A stretch of 64,000 nucleotides of DNA from Planctomycetota bacterium (GTDB taxonomy: Bacteria; Planctomycetota; UBA1135; UBA2386). Positions 59,628 through 64,000 of this stretch are shown in pieces; position 1 is the stretch's first letter; each line of letters starts with the position of its first letter. Both the position numbers and the translations under genes were made by a program. The stretch is from the NCBI GenBank assembly GCA_965228735.1, contig OZ245838.1, forward strand, positions 5,824,001 to 5,888,000, in the 5' to 3' direction. The notes beneath the pieces were generated by a model. It was not told where the DNA came from, made no database searches, and was given only the letters and a program-made list of their open reading frames with translations.

Positions 59628-61992
59628 CTCCACCGTCACCGAGACCCGCCGCATCGTCTACGACGATGGCGCGGTGCGCGGCTTCGTCTGGGCCAGCGTG
59701 TTCTGGGGCCTGGTCGGCCTGCTGGTCGGCCTCGTCATCGCGCTGCAGCTCAGCTTCCCACAGCTCAACTTCGACACCTCGTTCCTGACCTTCGGGCGCC
59801 TGCGGCCGCTGCACACCAACGCGGTCATCTTCGCGCTGGTCGGCAACATGATGTTCGCGGGCATCTACTACAGCTCGCAGCGTCTGCTCAAGACCCGCAT
59901 GGCGTCGGACCTGCTCACCAAGGTCCACCTCTGGGGCTGGCAGCTGATCATCCTCGGCGCGGCGATCACGCTGCCGCTCGGGATAACGCAGAGCAAGGAG
60001 TACGCGGAGCTCGAGTGGTTCCTCGACCTGCTCGTCGTCGTGGTGTGGGTCGCGTTCGCGATCAACTACTTCTGGACCCTCAAGATCCGGAACGAGAAGA
60101 ACCTCTACGTCGCGATCTGGTTCTACATCTCGACGATCCTGACGATCGCCGTCCTCTACATCGTCAACAACCTGGCGCTGCCGGTCACGGGGACGAAGAG
60201 CTACGGCGTCTTCAGCGGCGCGCAGGACGCGTTGACGCAGTGGTGGTACGGCCACAACGCGGTCGCGTTCTTCCTGACGACGCCGATCCTCGGGATCATG
60301 TACTACTTCCTGCCGAAGGCGGCAGGGCGGCCGGTGTTCTCCTACCGGCTGTCGATCGTGCACTTCTGGGCCCTGGTGTTCATCTACATCTGGGCCGGCC
60401 CGCACCACCTGCTCAACACCGCGCTGCCCGACTGGGCGCAGTCGCTCGGCATGCTGTTCAGCCTCATGCTGTGGGCGCCGTCGTGGGGCGGCATGCTCAA
60501 CGGGCTGCTGACGCTGCGTGGCGCGTGGCACAAGGTGCGCACGGATCCCGTCCTCAAGTTCTTCGTCGCCGGCGTGACGTTCTACGGCATGGCGACGTTC
60601 GAGGGCCCGCTGCTGTCGATCAAGGCCGTCAGCGCGCTCGGTCACTACACCGACTGGATCATCGGCCACGTCCACAGCGGCGCGCTCGGCTGGAACGGCT
60701 TCATGGCCGCCGGCATGTTCTACTGGCTCGTCCCCAGACTGTTCGGGACCAAGCTCTACAGCACCAAGCTCGCCGACTACCACTTCTGGCTCGGCATGAT
60801 CGGCATCCTGCTCTACGTCGCGTCGATGTGGGTCAGCGGCATCAGCCAGGGCTTGATGTGGCGCGCCGAGTCGACGGAGGGCGTGCTCCAGTACACCAAC
60901 TGGAGCGAGATCATCAGCAGCCAGCAGTTCATGTTTTACGTCCGCAGCATCGGCGGCGGCATGTTCCTCGTGGGCTGGCTCATGATGGTGATCAACCTGA
61001 TCTTCACCGCCATGAGCGGCAAGAAGACGGACGTCGAGGTCGAGGTCACGGTGATGCGGCCGGTGACGGTTGCCGAAGCCCAGCCGTCGATGGCGCTAAT
61101 CAGGAGCAAGCCCGTCGTCGTCACGGTGATCGGCATGCTCGCCGCGACGATGTTCGCGATGCCCAACATCGGGCTCGCCGTCGTCGGTCTGATCCTGATC
61201 GTCGCGATCGTGGCCTACGTGGCCATGATGCTGTTCCACACGACGGGCAAGGGCAAGCACGGCTGGCACGAGCAGATCGAGAAGCGCCCGCTCGCGTTCT
61301 CCGTGCTGACGCTCTTCGCGATCCTCGTCGGCGGCGTCTACGAGCTCGTGCCGGGCCTCGTCGCCGACAAGGAGGTCCCGCTCGCCGCCAACGGCAAGCG
61401 CACGGTCGAGCCCTACACGGCGCTCGAGCTCACGGGGCGCGACATCTACGTGCGCGAGGGTTGCTACGTCTGCCACTCGCAGATGATCCGGCCGTTCCGC
61501 ACGGAGGTGCTGCGCTACAAGCACTCGGATCCCCAGTACATGAACGGCCCGAGCCGGCTCGAGGAGTCGATGTGGGACCACCCGTTCCAGTGGGGCAGCA
61601 AGCGCACGGGGCCGGACCTCGCGCGGGTCGGGCCGAAGTACGGCGCGAGCTGGCACTGGAACCACATGTACGAACCGCGCGTGGTCTACGAGACGTCGAT
61701 CATGCCGGCCTACCCGTGGCTGTACGACGCGGTCACCGATCCGGCGATCGCCGCGGACAAGATGAGCGTGCTGCAACGGCTCGGCGTGCCCTACACGGAC
61801 GCGCAGATCCAGAGCGCCGAGGCCGACTATGCGGCGCAGGCCGACAAGGTCGTGAAGGAGCTCGCGGCGGCGCAGATCGAAGCCGAAGGTGACAAGGAGA
61901 TCATCGCGCTGATCGCCTACCTCTTGCGGCTCGGCCGCAACCTCTTGCCTGCGAACGACGCGCAGCAGGCCGCCATCGACGGAGGCAACTAG
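59620..61992 (+). CDS. ccoNO: Fused cbb3-type cytochrome c oxidase subunit I/II (CcoN-CcoO)
   Basis: GRLRPLHTN, QWWYGHNAV, WAGPHH, IGHVH; then GRDIYVREGCYVCHSQMIRP and WGSKRTGPDL. Confidence 0.95.
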   Translation: MTDSTVTETRRIVYDDGAVRGFVWASVFWGLVGLLVGLVIALQLSFPQLNFDTSFLTFGRLRPLHTNAVIFALVGNMMFAGIYYSSQRLLKTRMASDLLTKVHLWGWQLIILGAAITLPLGITQSKEYAELEWFLDLLVVVVWVAFAINYFWTLKIRNEKNLYVAIWFYISTILTIAVLYIVNNLALPVTGTKSYGVFSGAQDALTQWWYGHNAVAFFLTTPILGIMYYFLPKAAGRPVFSYRLSIVHFWALVFIYIWAGPHHLLNTALPDWAQSLGMLFSLMLWAPSWGGMLNGLLTLRGAWHKVRTDPVLKFFVAGVTFYGMATFEGPLLSIKAVSALGHYTDWIIGHVHSGALGWNGFMAAGMFYWLVPRLFGTKLYSTKLADYHFWLGMIGILLYVASMWVSGISQGLMWRAESTEGVLQYTNWSEIISSQQFMFYVRSIGGGMFLVGWLMMVINLIFTAMSGKKTDVEVEVTVMRPVTVAEAQPSMALIRSKPVVVTVIGMLAATMFAMPNIGLAVVGLILIVAIVAYVAMMLFHTTGKGKHGWHEQIEKRPLAFSVLTLFAILVGGVYELVPGLVADKEVPLAANGKRTVEPYTALELTGRDIYVREGCYVCHSQMIRPFRTEVLRYKHSDPQYMNGPSRLEESMWDHPFQWGSKRTGPDLARVGPKYGASWHWNHMYEPRVVYETSIMPAYPWLYDAVTDPAIAADKMSVLQRLGVPYTDAQIQSAEADYAAQADKVVKELAAAQIEAEGDKEIIALIAYLLRLGRNLLPANDAQQAAIDGGN

Positions 61993-61993
61993 G

Positions 61994-62176
61994 ATGTTCA
62001 AGGAGTTCTTCAGCGGCGGGTCGCTGTTCGACCTGCCACTCATCGCGATGGCGATCTTCATCGCGTTCTTCCTCGCCGTGCTCGTGCGCGTGCTGCAGAA
62101 GAGCCGGCGCCCGCAGTACGACCACATGGCGTCCCTGCCCCTGGGCGATGACGAAGGCGAAGGAGGCCGGTCATGA
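61994..62176 (+). CDS. ccoQ: cbb3-type oxidase subunit CcoQ
   Basis: Single TM followed by YDHMASLPL. Confidence 0.8.
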   Translation: MFKEFFSGGSLFDLPLIAMAIFIAFFLAVLVRVLQKSRRPQYDHMASLPLGDDEGEGGRS

Positions 62177-62769
62177 GCAGCGCCGACGTTCGCGAACACA
62201 CGTTCGACGGGATCGAGGAGTTCGACAACCGGCTGCCCAACTGGTGGCTGTGGACGTTCTACCTCGCCTGCATCTTCTCCGTGGGCTACTGGGTTCACTA
62301 CCACACGCTCGGCACGGGCGCGCAGCCCGAGCAGGCGTACGCGGCCGAGCAGGCGCGGGTCGCCGCGATCCTCGAGCAGCGCGCGGCCAACAACCCCGTG
62401 ACGCGCGAGAGCCTGATCGAGATGGTCGGCAACGCCGACATCGTGAGCAAAGGGCGCGAGATCTTCCAGGACGCCAACAACTGTGCGCAGTGTCACGCGG
62501 CCAACGGCGCCGGCAAGGAAGGCCTCGGGCCCAACCTCACGGACGAGTACTGGGTCTACGGCAACGATCCGATGACGATCTACGAGACGATCCTCAAGGG
62601 TCGCAACCCCGATCCGGAGAAGGGCTTCGTCGGCGGCATGCTCGCCCACGAGTTCCGCGGTCGGCAGTTCGTGCTGCGCGCGACGGTCTACGTGCTGTCG
62701 ATCATGAACACGAACGTGCCCGGTCGGCCCCCGGAGGCGAACGCGAAGAAGATGGAGCGGCCGTTCTGA
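62173..62769 (+). CDS. ccoP: cbb3-type oxidase subunit III, single-haem CcoP
   Basis: HTFDGIEEFDNRLPNWW; one CAQCH; GPNLTDEYW. Confidence 0.9.
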   Translation: MSSADVREHTFDGIEEFDNRLPNWWLWTFYLACIFSVGYWVHYHTLGTGAQPEQAYAAEQARVAAILEQRAANNPVTRESLIEMVGNADIVSKGREIFQDANNCAQCHAANGAGKEGLGPNLTDEYWVYGNDPMTIYETILKGRNPDPEKGFVGGMLAHEFRGRQFVLRATVYVLSIMNTNVPGRPPEANAKKMERPF

Positions 62770-62794
62770 CCCGATCGGCGTCGCCGCAGACCAC

Positions 62795-64000
62795 GTGACC
62801 ACCGAAAGCACCGACAAGTCCAAGGTCGTCAAGGGGCGCGCGCCCGTGCGCCGCCCCGACGTCGACACGCTGTTCAGCATCAACGCGGACGGCTCGCGCA
62901 ACGTCATCCACCCGGCCGACGTCAAGGGCCGCTTCCAATGGCGCAAGCACGCCATGTGGTACGTGATGCTCGCGATCTACGTCGCGGTGCCGTGGCTCGA
63001 GATCGGCGGCCATCCGGTGCTCCTGTTCGATATCGAGCGCCGGCACTTCTTCCTGCTCGGGCAGGCGTTCAACGCGCAGGACGTCTGGTTCGCGTTCTTC
63101 TTCATCTCCGGGCTGGGCTTCGGGCTGTTCGTCGTCGCGGCGCTCTTCGGACGTGTGTGGTGTGGCTATGCCTGTCCGCAGACCGTGTTCCTCGAAGGGT
63201 TGTTCCGCCGGATCGAGCGCTGGATCGAGGGGCCGGCGGCAGCGCGGGCCAAGCTGGACAAGGCGCCGATGAGCCCGCAGAAGGCGCTGCGCCGCGGTGC
63301 GAAGATGGTCGTCTTCTTCGGGCTCGCCGCGGCGATCACGCATTCGTTCCTCGGCTACTTCATGCCCGTGCGCGACGTCGTCGCGGCGATGACGTCGTCG
63401 CCGGCGGAGAATCCGATCGCGTTCACGTTCATCGCGATCTCGACGGTGATCCTGTTCGTGAACTTCACCTGGTTCCGCGAGCAGCTTTGCATTGCGATCT
63501 GCCCGTACGGCCGGCTGCAGGGCGCGCTCTACGACGTCGACACCGTGGTCGTCGGCTACGACGGCAAGCGCGGCGAGCCGCGCGGGAGTGCCGGCACGGT
63601 CGGGGCGGGTGACTGCGTCGACTGCTACCGCTGCGTCGCGGTCTGCCCGACGGGAATCGACATCCGCAACGGCACCCAGCTCGAGTGCGTCGGCTGCGCC
63701 AACTGCATCGACGCGTGCGATGCGGTGATGGACAAGCTCGAGCGGCCGCGCGGGCTCGTCCGCTACGACAGCCAACGCGGATTCGAGACGGGTGTGCGGC
63801 GGTTCTTTCGCGGCCGGGTGGCGTTCTACGGCGTCCTGATGCTGCTCGGCGTCGGCGCGTTCGCGCTGGCCACGACGGCGCGGCGACCGTTCGACGCCAA
63901 CCTCGTGCGGGCCCGCGGCACGACCTACGTGATCGAGAACGGCCGCATCCACAACACGTTCGACCTGCACCTCGTCAACAAGCGGACGGCCGATCGGCGC
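62795..64000 (+). CDS. ccoG: cbb3 accessory ferredoxin-type protein CcoG/FixG, truncated at the window end
   Basis: Translated by hand (absent from the ORF track): GRVWCGYACPQT, CPYGRLQ, GDCVDCYRCVAVCPTGIDIRNG.QLECVGCANCIDACD. Confidence 0.92.
   Translation, partial: MTTESTDKSKVVKGRAPVRRPDVDTLFSINADGSRNVIHPADVKGRFQWRKHAMWYVMLAIYVAVPWLEIGGHPVLLFDIERRHFFLLGQAFNAQDVWFAFFFISGLGFGLFVVAALFGRVWCGYACPQTVFLEGLFRRIERWIEGPAAARAKLDKAPMSPQKALRRGAKMVVFFGLAAAITHSFLGYFMPVRDVVAAMTSSPAENPIAFTFIAISTVILFVNFTWFREQLCIAICPYGRLQGALYDVDTVVVGYDGKRGEPRGSAGTVGAGDCVDCYRCVAVCPTGIDIRNGTQLECVGCANCIDACDAVMDKLERPRGLVRYDSQRGFETGVRRFFRGRVAFYGVLMLLGVGAFALATTARRPFDANLVRARGTTYVIENGRIHNTFDLHLVNKRTADRR

Noticed and set aside
52586..60783. 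Long ORFs 52586-56197 (+) and 57817-60783 (-)
   Set aside because: Antisense to well-supported genes, with no motifs of their own

Overview
High-GC bacterial chromosomal window. Gene content points to Planctomycetota (inference): ECF sigma factors with long extensions, an ECF/Ser-Thr kinase pair, and HEAT/vWA, FG-GAP and carboxypeptidase-regulatory-like surface proteins. Housekeeping genes include dacB, an MsbA-like ABC transporter, ispD/ispF, ruvC, a FlhG/MinD-like ATPase, comEA, nadC, purB, clpB and pruA. A cbb3 oxidase cluster (DsbD_2 helper, ccoI, ccoS, fused ccoNO, ccoQ, ccoP, ccoG) runs off the right edge. The strongest signal is at 47481-48629 (-): two ORFs are really one secreted FG-GAP protein read through an in-frame UGA (VPIT-UGA-CLSFCPQF), followed by a hairpin matching the bacterial SECIS model, so a candidate selenoprotein with a U-C-x3-C motif. 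Other signals: a shared unnamed C-terminal domain on three unrelated secreted proteins; a sigma54 + IHF + tandem-enhancer promoter upstream of clpB; a REP/BIME-like repeat cluster between ispD and ispF; recurrent leaderless TAnnnT promoters, one of them bidirectional; and degenerate nuclease and peptidase folds. No rRNA, tRNA, CRISPR array or transposase was recognised. All family assignments come from motif recognition by eye, not database searches.
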